Source: a virus. Taken from it: a stretch of 64,000 nucleotides of DNA. The notes beneath the pieces are model-generated. The model ran no database searches, was not told the DNA's origin, and was given only the letters and a program-made list of their open reading frames with translations. The position numbers and the translations under genes were made by a program. Location: the IMG/VR virus record IMGVR_UViG_3300042508_000428; one strand, written 5' to 3'. Of the stretch, positions 19,922 to 30,286 are shown in pieces. Positions within the stretch are counted from its first letter, which is position 1. Each line of letters begins with the position of its first letter.

Positions 19922-20815
19922 ATGAGAGTTGAGAAATGGGATATTTTGATGCACCGCCTTCTAACAGAAAAGAAGGAAAAAGAAGAAAAAGCAAGCAAAT
20001 CGAAAGGTTCAAAGCCAGATTTTCTTGATTTAGATAAAGACGGTGATACTTCTGAACCAATGAAGAAGGCATCAAAAGAGTCGGGTGGTAAAAAAGAAAC
20101 AAAATCCAAGAAAGGAAAAGGCAAGATCCCTCCTCAACTAAAAATGCACATCAAGAAAAAGAAAAACAAACTTGATGAAGCAATTGAGAGACTAGAAAAA
20201 ATTCTTTTTGAACAACACGATCTTCAAGAATATGGAGAAGATAAACACCCTGATATTGAAGACGACGATGATGATTTTGATGCTGATGATCTGCCATCCT
20301 ATGGTGAAGAAGACTTTGGTGATTATGGCGAAGAAAGTATGAGAAAATTTGCTCAAAAATCAAAAAATTTTGCAGATAAATACACCGAAGAAGATGACTA
20401 TGAAGAAGAGGAAGAAGAAGATTACGAAGACGAAGATGATTTTGAAGATGATGATGATATGGAGGACGAAGAAGTTGAAGATGATGATGATATGGATTTA
20501 GATGATGAAAATGATATGGAAGAATATCTAACCGAAGCAGAGGTTAAGAAAAAACAACCACGACTTGGTAAAGTAACTCGTAATCCATCCGGCTCAAAAA
20601 AAAAGTTTCACGTCTACGTTAAATGTGGCGGAAGAGTAAAGAAGATCTCATTCGGTGATCCAGGATTATCAATTAAAAGAGATTCTGCTGCCCGTAGAAA
20701 GAACTTTAGAGCAAGACATAAGTGTGATCAACCAGCAGGAAAAGATCGTTGTACAGCGAGATATTGGTCTTGCTATCAATGGAGAGCAGGAAAGAAGGTT
20801 GAAGGCGAGGAGTAA
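19922..20815 (+). CDS. Probable virion-internal protein with EF-hand-like motif, D/E tract and basic Cys-containing C-terminal module
   Basis: DLDKDGDTSE, about 70-aa acidic tract, a YLTE junction and then KISFGDP...RARHKC...RYWSC. Confidence 0.6.
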   Translation: MRVEKWDILMHRLLTEKKEKEEKASKSKGSKPDFLDLDKDGDTSEPMKKASKESGGKKETKSKKGKGKIPPQLKMHIKKKKNKLDEAIERLEKILFEQHDLQEYGEDKHPDIEDDDDDFDADDLPSYGEEDFGDYGEESMRKFAQKSKNFADKYTEEDDYEEEEEEDYEDEDDFEDDDDMEDEEVEDDDDMDLDDENDMEEYLTEAEVKKKQPRLGKVTRNPSGSKKKFHVYVKCGGRVKKISFGDPGLSIKRDSAARRKNFRARHKCDQPAGKDRCTARYWSCYQWRAGKKVEGEE

Positions 20816-21669
20816 TGAAACAACTTCTTGAAAATTGGAATAGATTTATCTTAAAAGAAGCTTCGTACCGCCAAGTTATGGAAAGATTTGGTAGTTCAAA
20901 GTTTCTTAAATCTTCCGAATTTAATCAAGTTGACCCAGAAGAGGCAAAGCAAAAGATATTAGAAACTGTACCAGAGAACTTTGATGTTCAAGAAAAAGCA
21001 AATTATCTGGATTGGAGAATCTCAACCTTTATCAAGACTGGTAAATATGAAGGTCCATCTGCTGAAATCGTCAAAAGATATTATGAGATTAAGTCTGACG
21101 AAGGCAAGAAGAAACTCCTTAACAAAATTAACATCTCAGATATAAACTCTGTTGAAGAATTTGAAGAGATCGTCTATAATGCTGAAGGATCTCTTGGAGA
21201 AAAAGAGAAGAGTAGAAAAGAAGAAAGTACATCTGGTGAAGGTCAAAATCTTGTTTATGAAGATGATAATTGGAAAGTATATCTTCCAGAAACCAAAGGA
21301 GCATCTGTTGCCCTATGTCGTGGACCAAACCCAGACGGAATCAAGGGTAAATCAACCAGAGCAAAATGGTGTACTGGTGTGTTGACAAGAAAGTATTATG
21401 AGGTTTATCATAAACCAGATAATCCTCTGATTATTTTTATTTCTAAATCTGATCCCGCTGAGAAATATCAACTTAGTTATTTTGGAATTTCAAGCGAATC
21501 TCCGTTCTGGAATCCAAATGATCCTGAAAAACCAGAATTTAAAAACAACAGAGACAAAGACATTACAGGAACGGATGTATTTTCGGAACTAAATAATATA
21601 GTAGCAAGTCTTGAAGATAAACTTCCAGAGAGAGTTGTTAATAAAGCAAAAAAATTTGCAGGAATGTAA
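20815..21669 (+). CDS. Hypothetical, probable virion-associated protein
   Basis: MKQLLENWNRFILKE leader and WKVYLP...KWC segment. Confidence 0.55.
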   Translation: MKQLLENWNRFILKEASYRQVMERFGSSKFLKSSEFNQVDPEEAKQKILETVPENFDVQEKANYLDWRISTFIKTGKYEGPSAEIVKRYYEIKSDEGKKKLLNKINISDINSVEEFEEIVYNAEGSLGEKEKSRKEESTSGEGQNLVYEDDNWKVYLPETKGASVALCRGPNPDGIKGKSTRAKWCTGVLTRKYYEVYHKPDNPLIIFISKSDPAEKYQLSYFGISSESPFWNPNDPEKPEFKNNRDKDITGTDVFSELNNIVASLEDKLPERVVNKAKKFAGM

Positions 21670-21671
21670 AA

Positions 21672-22016
21672 ATGAACTTTAAAGATATAAACGACAAATG
21701 GAAATCCTTCTTGACTGAAAATGCTTTCAAAGAAGATAAACTTGTCAAAAAAGATAAGAAAGAAAAAGTTAAAGATAAAAAAGGCAAAAAGAAAGAATTA
21801 ATTGTTTCCGAAGAAGATGATGTAAATGAATGGGAAGAATTTGAAGAAGCCGTAATTAATGAACCATCTGGCGCTGGTGTAAATAAAGCAATAAACTCCG
21901 TAGAAGAAAATGAACCACTAGAAGAAATGTCTGCCATGTCCGGCGGAGCAGTTCAGGGTTTTGCTGGTAATGCTTTTGGAACTCCTGTTAGAAGAAGAAA
22001 AAAGAGAAGACATTGA
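21672..22016 (+). CDS. Hypothetical, probable virion-internal protein
   Basis: KWKSFLTE leader, LEEMSAMSGGAVQG and basic C-terminus. Confidence 0.55.
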   Translation: MNFKDINDKWKSFLTENAFKEDKLVKKDKKEKVKDKKGKKKELIVSEEDDVNEWEEFEEAVINEPSGAGVNKAINSVEENEPLEEMSAMSGGAVQGFAGNAFGTPVRRRKKRRH

Positions 22017-22041
22017 CAACAACAATAACTTGTCGTATCAT
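22013..22041 (+). promoter_or_regulatory. Sigma70-type promoter of thyX
   Basis: TTGACA 22013, N17, TATCAT 22036. Confidence 0.7.
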
Positions 22042-22064
22042 AGACCCAAACTTAGAGAGGTCTT

Positions 22065-22760
22065 ATGAAAGTTAGTTTAGTTTCCTATACAAAACCAGCA
22101 GGTATATTAGAAGATACAGATATAACCACCCCTACTGATCTGGTGGCATATTGTGCTCGCGTATCAAACCCAACAAATCAAATGAACTCCGCAACTTCCG
22201 AGAAGTTGATTAAGTATCTAATCAAGAATAAACACTGGTCTCCGTTGGAAATGGTTGATGCTACAATAGAGATTGAAACAACAAGAGATATTGCTCGTCA
22301 GATTCTTCGCCACCGATCATTCTCTTTCCAAGAGTTCTCACAGAGATACTCCGATGTATCTCATTTGGGAGATAGCAAAGAATTTGATTCCTTCTTTGAT
22401 TATTCAGAGTTAAGACTTCAAGATACAAAGAACAGACAGAATAGTGTTGAGACAGACGATCAAGCATTAAAGAATACTTGGATTATGTATCAGAAAGAAG
22501 TTATGAGAGTATCTCAAGAGGCTTATGTTTGGGCAATTAAACATGGAGTAGCAAAAGAAGTTGCTCGTAAAGTTCTACCAGAAGGTTTAACCAAATCTCG
22601 TATGTATATGAAGGGTTCATTAAGATCCTGGATTCACTACCTAGAGGTTCGTGGGGAAGGTTCAGGAACACAAAAAGAGCATATGTTGGTAGCAAACGAA
22701 ATAGCGAAGATTATTGCAGAAATATTCCCGGTATCAGAGGAATTAAAAAATGAAATATAA
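22065..22760 (+). CDS. thyX: Flavin-dependent thymidylate synthase
   Basis: AYCARVS, HWSPLE, RQILRHRSFSFQEFSQRY, SWIHYLEVR. Confidence 0.95.
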   Translation: MKVSLVSYTKPAGILEDTDITTPTDLVAYCARVSNPTNQMNSATSEKLIKYLIKNKHWSPLEMVDATIEIETTRDIARQILRHRSFSFQEFSQRYSDVSHLGDSKEFDSFFDYSELRLQDTKNRQNSVETDDQALKNTWIMYQKEVMRVSQEAYVWAIKHGVAKEVARKVLPEGLTKSRMYMKGSLRSWIHYLEVRGEGSGTQKEHMLVANEIAKIIAEIFPVSEELKNEI

Positions 22761-22944
22761 AAAGATCTATGAAGGTAATGTAATTCTAACAACCACAAGT
22801 CTAACAGAACTTTTAAAAAATGTTCCGTCCGATGTTAAAATGGAAGAATTAAAAATCATTCCAGTATTTAATGTATTAGGAAGCGGAGGAACAGAGTTGG
22901 TTGGTTTTCGACTCGTAGCATACAGACAAGATGGAGAGTCTTAA
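22750..22944 (+). CDS. Hypothetical protein
   Basis: Coupled to thyX by overlap. Confidence 0.5.
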   Translation: MKYKKIYEGNVILTTTSLTELLKNVPSDVKMEELKIIPVFNVLGSGGTELVGFRLVAYRQDGES

Positions 22945-23800
22945 GAATCATATTTATCAGTTTGACGAGGTGGTGGTTGGTTTAACAACCACTTCTCTTT
23001 TGTATTCTTACATCTTTAATCTTCCTATTGTCTATAAACATAAAACCACCCCAAGATTCTTTGAGTTTATCGACAACTCTGTTAATCTTACCAAAACTGG
23101 TTTGCTGAAAGAGAACAAACAACTTAACTTTCCAAAAGGAAAACTTGTTAAGTCCTACTCGAAGAAGAGAGTTATGGATCATTTATATATGATTCAGTCT
23201 CTATGCGGAAACATACCGATCAAAGATGTAGCAGATTTAAGAGTCGATGAAGAAGAAAAGATCTTAAAGATTACCACAAAGAATCAACGACTATTCCGTT
23301 ACAAATTTAATAAACTAAGAGTGTTCGATACAAGAGGGTTGGAGTTCTTACAACCAATCGGGGAATCAATAGAGAAGCATTATGTATTAGACGAGTTCAA
23401 GATTAAAATGAAGAACGATAAGTTTTATCATGTAATCCAAAGAGGCGGGGACTTTCCGAGAAACATTTATATTTCTTCCGATAAGAAACGATTAATGTCT
23501 CACTCTTTATTAACTCCCGGAGAAATGGCTTTACCAGACTTCTCTTCTTTCTTTATTCAGAAATCAACAGAGAGAGAATTAGAGAATCATGGAATCAAAG
23601 CAAAGTTGGAATGGGTTAAGAGACACTACGAGGATAAAGATAAAGACACCTACGAAGAGAAAGATTGGTTGATCATAGACCAGAGGGACGAAGAAGAAGT
23701 ATGGAAGGATCGCAAAATAAATACATATCACACATGGTTGGGATCGTTCCGATCCAGAATGGTCCAACGAATGATGGACTCCCTTGGCCAAAATGTTTAA
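22931..23800 (+). CDS. Hypothetical protein with degenerate Rossmann/FAD-binding-like N-terminus
   Basis: FDEVVVGLTTTSLLYSY resembles the beta1-alphaA start of FAD oxidoreductases but lacks GxGxxG. Confidence 0.4.
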   Translation: MESLKNHIYQFDEVVVGLTTTSLLYSYIFNLPIVYKHKTTPRFFEFIDNSVNLTKTGLLKENKQLNFPKGKLVKSYSKKRVMDHLYMIQSLCGNIPIKDVADLRVDEEEKILKITTKNQRLFRYKFNKLRVFDTRGLEFLQPIGESIEKHYVLDEFKIKMKNDKFYHVIQRGGDFPRNIYISSDKKRLMSHSLLTPGEMALPDFSSFFIQKSTERELENHGIKAKLEWVKRHYEDKDKDTYEEKDWLIIDQRDEEEVWKDRKINTYHTWLGSFRSRMVQRMMDSLGQNV

Positions 23801-24621
23801 CACCATTATACAACAACTATACTGCCCTTCATCGTAGTGTTCTTGAGTGCGCAATGGCGGGTTGTTCTTCTATCTGGGTAATAACTGAAAAAAGATATAT
23901 ACCACTTATGAAAGCAGTTGTTGGTTGTTATGTTGAAGATCCAATTCTTGCTCAATTACCTGTAGAGTTCAAAGATAATTTCTCAATGAGGATTCCAATA
24001 TGGTATACTTCGTTACCAGTCAGAGATTTAAAGCGAAGAGAATGTTATGGAAGAACAATCTTAGCGGGAGCAGAGTATGCAACAAGAGTGGCAAATGGTT
24101 TAAGTGAAAACCTAAAACCAGGAAAGTTTTATGTTTCTTTCCCCGAGTCTGTCTATTCTCCCTGGGTTCTACAAAAAGATAGAAAGAAGATTAAGAGTTC
24201 AGATAAAAATTTCTTTATCACCCATGAAGGTAAATCAATAAAAGATGGATTGCCTCTTGGATTCACAATGTTTAAAGAAGATTTTGACAGATACAAACTC
24301 GATTTTAAATCGAGAGATCAAGGATCGTGGATGGGAGAGACACTCAAAGATCTTAGACGAAGACCAATAGAAGAGAGGAATTTGGCCTCTAAACTCACCC
24401 TTGACGAAATATTCAGGTCTGCTACACTAGAGGGGTCAGTCCTTAGAGAACTCATAGTTTATTCCAATATCTCAACTTGGGATGGATATGTTAAGTATCT
24501 TACAAAAGGACACTTCTACAAAATGCCAAAGAAAGTCAAGTATTTCAGGTATAATAAAATGAAAAACCTAGAAGAAAGACCAATACAAACAGGGGATTAT
24601 GAACACGATGACCAGAACTAA
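23665..24621 (+). CDS. Nucleotidyltransferase-like protein (sugar-phosphate NTP-transferase fold, divergent); true start uncertain
   Basis: VGIVPI...PWPKCLTPL...LECAMAGCSSIWVIT follows the NTP_transferase N-terminal pattern. Confidence 0.5.
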   Translation: MVDHRPEGRRRSMEGSQNKYISHMVGIVPIQNGPTNDGLPWPKCLTPLYNNYTALHRSVLECAMAGCSSIWVITEKRYIPLMKAVVGCYVEDPILAQLPVEFKDNFSMRIPIWYTSLPVRDLKRRECYGRTILAGAEYATRVANGLSENLKPGKFYVSFPESVYSPWVLQKDRKKIKSSDKNFFITHEGKSIKDGLPLGFTMFKEDFDRYKLDFKSRDQGSWMGETLKDLRRRPIEERNLASKLTLDEIFRSATLEGSVLRELIVYSNISTWDGYVKYLTKGHFYKMPKKVKYFRYNKMKNLEERPIQTGDYEHDDQN

Positions 24622-24901
24622 AGATGAAATGTATGCAATAGCGAAAGAAACTTATAGTCATTTATCGTCAGGAGATCTACAAGAACTAGACCTACCTGAT
24701 GTATTTGATTTGCTCTCCACTCGCCAGAAAGAGTTGTTTATGAACTTCTTCTCTTTGGCGGAGCAGAGTTTCAGAGAAGAACTAGATCCGAAACTAGAGT
24801 CTGAATTTATCAACGAAGTAGAAAGAGAATTAGGATTTACCGGCGGAGAAACGGTAGAAGATATTATTCACCGTATGAATGTAAAGATTTGTAAGTTTTA
24901 A
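24599..24901 (+). CDS. Hypothetical protein
   Basis: In operon between the NTP-transferase-like gene and dnaE. Confidence 0.55.
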   Translation: MNTMTRTKDEMYAIAKETYSHLSSGDLQELDLPDVFDLLSTRQKELFMNFFSLAEQSFREELDPKLESEFINEVERELGFTGGETVEDIIHRMNVKICKF

Positions 24902-24909
24902 GGAGTTTT

Positions 24910-27900
24910 ATGGGAATCAAGTTTGTAAATTTACACGGCCATAGTTGTTTCAGTGTGTTCGATGGACTTGGTTTCCCGAATGAACACATTGATTTTGCTT
25001 ATGGTAATGGAGCAGATGCTCTTGCGTTGACCGATCACGGCAACATGAATGGTTTGTCTTATCAAGTTCTTCACACGAAGAAGATGAAGGCAGAAGGAAA
25101 GAACTTTAAACCAATCTTTGGTGTCGAGTCATACTTCATTCCATCCATTCCAGAATGGAAAGAGGCATACGATAAATACAAAGAAGAAAAGAAGTCAAAG
25201 AAAAACGACGATGAAGAATCCGGAATTGTCGTAGAAGATGAAGAAGAATCAAAGAAGGATGAAAAGAGTTTCATTAACTTTCGTGCTCACTTGGTTCTTC
25301 TTGCTCAAAACCAGAAAGGTCTATCAAATATTTTTCAGTTGGTTTCCAAGTCTTACAATCCAGGAAACTTTTATCGGTTTCCTCGTCTAGATTATGAAAT
25401 GCTTAAGCAACACAGCGAGGGTGTTATTGCCCTGACTGCTTGCATGGGCGGTCCTTTGTCTAAATGCTTCTGGCAACACAAAGACGAAGGCGAAGAAAAG
25501 GTTCTGGAAGAAATGACCAAAGTTGTCAAGAACTTCAAGGCAATTCTTGGTGATCGTTTCTATTGTGAACTACAGTGGAATGCTTATCATGAGCAACATG
25601 AGATTAACAAATTGGTAATCAAGGTTGCCAAAGAAAACGGTGTTAAACTTGTTTCCACTTGCGACTCTCACTATCCTCGTCCTGATCTGTGGAAAGAGCG
25701 AGAAATCTACAAGATGCTTGGATGGTTGGGTTCAAAGAATATGTCTTTGGATTCTCTTCCATCAAAGCGTGAAGAACTGATGTCTGAACTCTATCCTAAG
25801 AATGGACAGCAGATGTGGGACGCTTATAAAAAGTATTCCACTCAGACATTTAACGAGTATGATGACGATCTTGTTCGCGAGTCGTTCGAGAATACTTGGA
25901 AGATTGCTCACGAACAGATTGAGGAGTTTCTACCGGATACAACGGTTCGTCTACCTTCTTTCGTTGTTCCAGAGGGTAAGACAGACGTTCAGGCTTTGAT
26001 TGAATTATGTTCCTCCTCTATGAGAAAGAAAGGCTTGGACAAAAACCGCGAATACATCGAAAGACTTAAAGAAGAACTCACTGTTATTAAAGACCGTGGT
26101 TTCTGTAAGTATTTCTTGACGATGAAAGCGATCGCTGATAAAGCCGTTGAGAATCAACTTGTTGGTGCTGGTCGTGGTTCGGCGGCGGGTTCTCTTGTAT
26201 CTTATCTTCTGAATATTACTCAGATTGACCCAATCAAGTATGGTCTTCTGTTTAGTCGCTTCCTGCAAAAGAATGCCAAGGATTACCCAGATATTGACTA
26301 TGACACAAGCGATCCAATGACGCTGAAACAAATGTTGATTGAAGAGTGGGGTCAAGATTCGGTTGTTCCAATCTCAAATTGGAATACTCTACAACTTCGT
26401 TCTCTAATTAAAGATGTTGGCAAGCTTTATGGTATTCCATTCACGGAGGTAAATGATACAACTTCTGTCATGGTTAAGGAAGCAACTGCTCCTGCCAAAG
26501 AAAGACATGGTATTACTGCTGGTGTTTACACTCCAACATTTGAAGAGTGTTTGGAGTTCTCAACAACCTTACAGAAATTTCTTGCCAAATATCCAGAGGT
26601 CGGCAAGCATATTAAAGCATTACAAGGTCAAGTAAGATCCGCATCAAGACATGCGGGTGGAGTTATTGTATCGGAGAACATTTCACACTTCATGCCACTA
26701 ATTAATAGTGGTGGAGTAACTCAAACACCTTGGAGCGAGGGACAGAATGTTAGACACTTGGAACCTCTTGGGTTTATTAAGTTTGATATTCTTGGCCTCG
26801 CAACTCTTCGTATTATTGAGAATACGATCCGTAGAGTCCTCATTAAACAAGGTAATGCAAACCCCACCTTCAAAGACATCAAAACCTTCTACGAACAGAA
26901 TCTCCACCCGTCAACAATAAACTTTGACGATCAAAAGGTCTATGAACATGTATTCCATGAAGGACGATGGGCGGCGATCTTTCAGTTCGCTGAGAAGGGC
27001 GCTCAAGAGTTTTGTAAACGTGCAAAGCCTCGTAGTATTATTGATCTTTCTGCTATTACTTCTATTTATCGCCCAGGTCCATTGTCGGCAAAAGTGGACG
27101 AAAATTATGTCACGGCTAAGGAAGATCCGAGTTCAATCAAATATCTACATCCAATCGTTAAGGAAATCACAGAAGAAACCGCAGGGTTCCTAATATTCCA
27201 AGAACAAATTGCTTTGATTGCTCACAAGTTGGGCAAAGATCTAACTTTGGATGAAGGTAACTTACTGCGTAAAGTCCTAACCAAGAAAGGCACAGGTAAA
27301 GGACACGAGGTTAAAGATGAGATTCACACAAAGTTTATTGAAGGCTGTCTCGAAAAAGGTATTCAACAAGAAGATGCTCAAAACCTTTGGCAGACATTTG
27401 AGTTCTTTTCCGGTTACGGTTTTAATAAGTCTCACGCCGTTTGCTATAGCATTCTTTCTTATCAGTGTGCATGGCTTCTTACTTATTATTCAAATGAGTG
27501 GATTGCTTCATACCTAGACGACGAAAAGGATGATGGTAAATCAAAAGCAATCTCAATCGTTAAGTCGCTTGGATATGAAGTTGAACCACCAAATGTAAAT
27601 AACTCTGGCGATCAATGGGAATGCTCAAGCAATGGCAAAACTTTCTATCAACCTTTGAGTTCAATCAAAGGTCTTGGTGAGAAAGCGATTGAACAGGTAA
27701 TTAATAATCGCCCATTTAAAACAATTGATGACTTACTTTTTAACGATAAAATTGCTTACACCAAACTCAACAAAAAAGGTTTGGATGCTCTTGCTAGATG
27801 TGGAGCGCTAGATGATCTAATGGATAATCGCTTCACTGGTCGTAAACATTTCTGGATGTCTTTCTGCGATGAACGACCAAAAACAAAGAAGAAGTTTGAT

Positions 27901-28314
27901 GCTTATATTGAGCAGTTCAAAGGAGAGGGTGACTTCTCAAGAAATGAAGTGATCAACAATTGTGTTGAACTTCTCGGATTCTTTCCAGTGACGATGGTTA
28001 TGAGTCCTCAGTTATACAAAAGATTAGAGGACAGCAATGTTCCATCTATCTCAAAGTATGATTCAGAACTACAAGTATGCTGGTTTGTTCCAATCTCGTT
28101 TGAAACAAAAAGATCTAAGAATGATAAAAACTATTATGTTGTAGATGTTGTTGATGACACCGGAAAGACAACTGAGGTTAAGTGCTGGTCTGTTGATACA
28201 GAGAAAGATGTGATTTATCTCAATCGTCCTTATGTTGCAAAACTTAATTACGATGAAAACTTTGGTGGATTTTCTTGCATAGGAATTTCTAAGAGTTGGA
28301 AGATGGTTGGATAG
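24910..28314 (+). CDS. dnaE: DNA polymerase III alpha subunit (family C)
   Basis: PHP motifs NLHGHS and LTDHGN, GRGSAAGSLV, PDIDYD, KFDILGL, YGFNKSHA, HhH IKGLGEK. Confidence 0.97.
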   Translation: MGIKFVNLHGHSCFSVFDGLGFPNEHIDFAYGNGADALALTDHGNMNGLSYQVLHTKKMKAEGKNFKPIFGVESYFIPSIPEWKEAYDKYKEEKKSKKNDDEESGIVVEDEEESKKDEKSFINFRAHLVLLAQNQKGLSNIFQLVSKSYNPGNFYRFPRLDYEMLKQHSEGVIALTACMGGPLSKCFWQHKDEGEEKVLEEMTKVVKNFKAILGDRFYCELQWNAYHEQHEINKLVIKVAKENGVKLVSTCDSHYPRPDLWKEREIYKMLGWLGSKNMSLDSLPSKREELMSELYPKNGQQMWDAYKKYSTQTFNEYDDDLVRESFENTWKIAHEQIEEFLPDTTVRLPSFVVPEGKTDVQALIELCSSSMRKKGLDKNREYIERLKEELTVIKDRGFCKYFLTMKAIADKAVENQLVGAGRGSAAGSLVSYLLNITQIDPIKYGLLFSRFLQKNAKDYPDIDYDTSDPMTLKQMLIEEWGQDSVVPISNWNTLQLRSLIKDVGKLYGIPFTEVNDTTSVMVKEATAPAKERHGITAGVYTPTFEECLEFSTTLQKFLAKYPEVGKHIKALQGQVRSASRHAGGVIVSENISHFMPLINSGGVTQTPWSEGQNVRHLEPLGFIKFDILGLATLRIIENTIRRVLIKQGNANPTFKDIKTFYEQNLHPSTINFDDQKVYEHVFHEGRWAAIFQFAEKGAQEFCKRAKPRSIIDLSAITSIYRPGPLSAKVDENYVTAKEDPSSIKYLHPIVKEITEETAGFLIFQEQIALIAHKLGKDLTLDEGNLLRKVLTKKGTGKGHEVKDEIHTKFIEGCLEKGIQQEDAQNLWQTFEFFSGYGFNKSHAVCYSILSYQCAWLLTYYSNEWIASYLDDEKDDGKSKAISIVKSLGYEVEPPNVNNSGDQWECSSNGKTFYQPLSSIKGLGEKAIEQVINNRPFKTIDDLLFNDKIAYTKLNKKGLDALARCGALDDLMDNRFTGRKHFWMSFCDERPKTKKKFDAYIEQFKGEGDFSRNEVINNCVELLGFFPVTMVMSPQLYKRLEDSNVPSISKYDSELQVCWFVPISFETKRSKNDKNYYVVDVVDDTGKTTEVKCWSVDTEKDVIYLNRPYVAKLNYDENFGGFSCIGISKSWKMVG

Positions 28315-28370
28315 TATTTAAGAAATCTACATACTATTTATTAGTGAATCTTTTCGAGGAGAACTAATAC

Positions 28371-29186
28371 ATGGCAAGTGGACACAGAAAAAGAAAAGCA
28401 GCCGCATTAAGACTTGATGTTTTAAATCCAGCAGGATTAACAAATGTATCCGAAGCAGATCGTGGAAACACAACTAATCAAAATAATCTCATTAACATAG
28501 CAACTTACTCAAGGGATGGAGTTACCCCTACTTTTACAGCTGGTTCTACTACATTATTAAATAATGTTGTAGCAAATGCAGATGGTGCTTGGACAAAAGC
28601 AGGATTAACTGGCGAATCAACAAATACTGGGGTTTTCCTCGGAACATCGTTGAGTGGAGCGGTTGGTATAACAGCTACAACTAAACATTATTATTTTCCA
28701 GCTGTTGGAGGATTACAAACAAACTTATCTGGCGCAAACGGTGTATCGGCTCCAGTTATTGTTTATTCTAATGATGGTCCGCAAGCAGGTTATGTTCCTT
28801 ATTATTTAGGTGGTAGTACTGCAACTAGTTCAATTAAATTCGGTTCTCAAATCACCGGCGCTGGTTCTGCAACTCACGTTATTGTTTATGTTGGCGGAGA
28901 GTTAGAAGCGTCTGATAGAATTAGAATTATGAAGGCGTCTGATGGTTCGTTGTACGGAACAGTGCCATATATGATAGGTACAAACATTACAACTGGCTCA
29001 ACTAGTCCAACGATTGTATCTGGTTCAGAATTAAGCGGTTATTCATATAGAAAAGCCTTTTTCCTTACAAAAGCCTCAATAAATACCGCACAAGGATTTA
29101 TACTAGAATTCTCGTCCTCTGCCAGAACATCAACTACACCAGTTGCTGGCGTATTTGTGGCAATCTCTTCTGGCACTTATGCGTAA
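28371..29186 (+). CDS. Hypothetical G/T/S-rich structural protein
   Basis: Beta-rich low-complexity composition, ACTATTTA upstream. Confidence 0.55.
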   Translation: MASGHRKRKAAALRLDVLNPAGLTNVSEADRGNTTNQNNLINIATYSRDGVTPTFTAGSTTLLNNVVANADGAWTKAGLTGESTNTGVFLGTSLSGAVGITATTKHYYFPAVGGLQTNLSGANGVSAPVIVYSNDGPQAGYVPYYLGGSTATSSIKFGSQITGAGSATHVIVYVGGELEASDRIRIMKASDGSLYGTVPYMIGTNITTGSTSPTIVSGSELSGYSYRKAFFLTKASINTAQGFILEFSSSARTSTTPVAGVFVAISSGTYA

Positions 29187-29190
29187 TTAG

Positions 29191-29246
29191 TTGACAAATT
29201 AGTTCTCTTATGATAACCTCCATAGACAACTATGGAGGTTATTCAT
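29191..29246 (+). promoter_or_regulatory. Sigma70-type promoter plus hairpin sequestering the dut Shine-Dalgarno
   Basis: TTGACA 29191, N17, TAACCT 29214. 13-bp stem ataacctccatag/ctatggaggttat contains GGAGG. Confidence 0.65.
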
Positions 29247-29248
29247 TT

Positions 29249-29707
29249 ATGGACAAGATTTATGTTAAGAAACTAAAACCAGAAGCAATCTTACCAACAA
29301 GAGCAAACCCTTCTGATGCTGGAGCAGATGTTTATTTTTGCAGTCACGAACCGCTGACGATCGCTCCTGGAGAGTCTGTATTGCTTGGGACTGGTCTACA
29401 AGTCGCAACACCAATTGGTTATGTATGTGAAGTTAAAAACAGGTCTGGTATGGCATACAAGAAAAGTTTGGTTGTTGGTTCGTGCGTAATTGACTCTGGA
29501 TATTCTGGAGAAGTTAAAATCAATCTTCACAATATCGGAAGAGAAGTAAGAACAATTGATCCTTTTGAGAAAATTGCCCAACTTATTTTTTATCAAGTCA
29601 ATCTACCAACATTTGAATGTTTACCAAGCGAAGTAGATCTTTATCTTCATACCCCAACTGTATCCAGTAGAGGTGAATGTGGGTTTGGATCAACAGGAAA
29701 TAAATAA
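29249..29707 (+). CDS. dut: Trimeric dUTPase
   Basis: AGADV, RSGMA, VIDSGYSG, IAQL, RGECGFGSTG. Confidence 0.95.
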   Translation: MDKIYVKKLKPEAILPTRANPSDAGADVYFCSHEPLTIAPGESVLLGTGLQVATPIGYVCEVKNRSGMAYKKSLVVGSCVIDSGYSGEVKINLHNIGREVRTIDPFEKIAQLIFYQVNLPTFECLPSEVDLYLHTPTVSSRGECGFGSTGNK

Positions 29708-29976
29708 TGAGCAACGCAACAAGGAAAATACAAAGACAAAAAGCAGTTGAAGCAAAGAAAGAGGTGGAAAAAGAACTTACCAGCAAGATTGGTATGTTTG
29801 GAAGACTGCCTGATGAATGTTCTGCCTGCCAAAAACCTTTTGATAAAAAGTCAAAAGAGATGGCGCAGACTTGGGTGGTGGTAGTTCGCAGTGAACAGAA
29901 ACTAGTTAGGTTGTTCTGTCCTGAATGTATAGACAAAGTAAAGGAGTTTTTACCAGATGAAAACGAAGAAACTTGA
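29707..29976 (+). CDS. Hypothetical protein with CxxC pairs
   Basis: CSAC and CPEC motifs. Confidence 0.55.
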   Translation: MSNATRKIQRQKAVEAKKEVEKELTSKIGMFGRLPDECSACQKPFDKKSKEMAQTWVVVVRSEQKLVRLFCPECIDKVKEFLPDENEET

Positions 29977-30286
29977 TCTGCTTAGATTTAAAAGCAAAGT
30001 TGATAAAAACATTCCATTTATTGTAAAGTTCAAGAGCGATGGTTGTCCAATCTGTGTTGATCTTGAACCAGATTTCCAAGCAGTTGCTCAATCATTCCCA
30101 CAGTTAGGCTTCTACGACGTAGATATAAACGAAGAGGAAGACCTAGCAGATCTTTTTATTGAAGACGGAGTTCCGACACTTTATTACATTAAAGGAAAAC
30201 ACTTCAAAGAATTACCATATCCTCAAAATGGATTTGACAAAGATTCTCTAACCTCAGTTATCAAAGATATTTTAAATGGAAAATAA
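29957..30286 (+). CDS. Thioredoxin-like protein
   Basis: GCPIC, FYDVDI, GVPTLY. Confidence 0.8.
   Translation: MKTKKLDLLRFKSKVDKNIPFIVKFKSDGCPICVDLEPDFQAVAQSFPQLGFYDVDINEEEDLADLFIEDGVPTLYYIKGKHFKELPYPQNGFDKDSLTSVIKDILNGK

Noticed and set aside
7339-28314. Inteins or introns in recA, helicase, nrdJ, thyX, dnaE
   Set aside because: Protein lengths and motif spacing are normal, with no intein termini or frame breaks.
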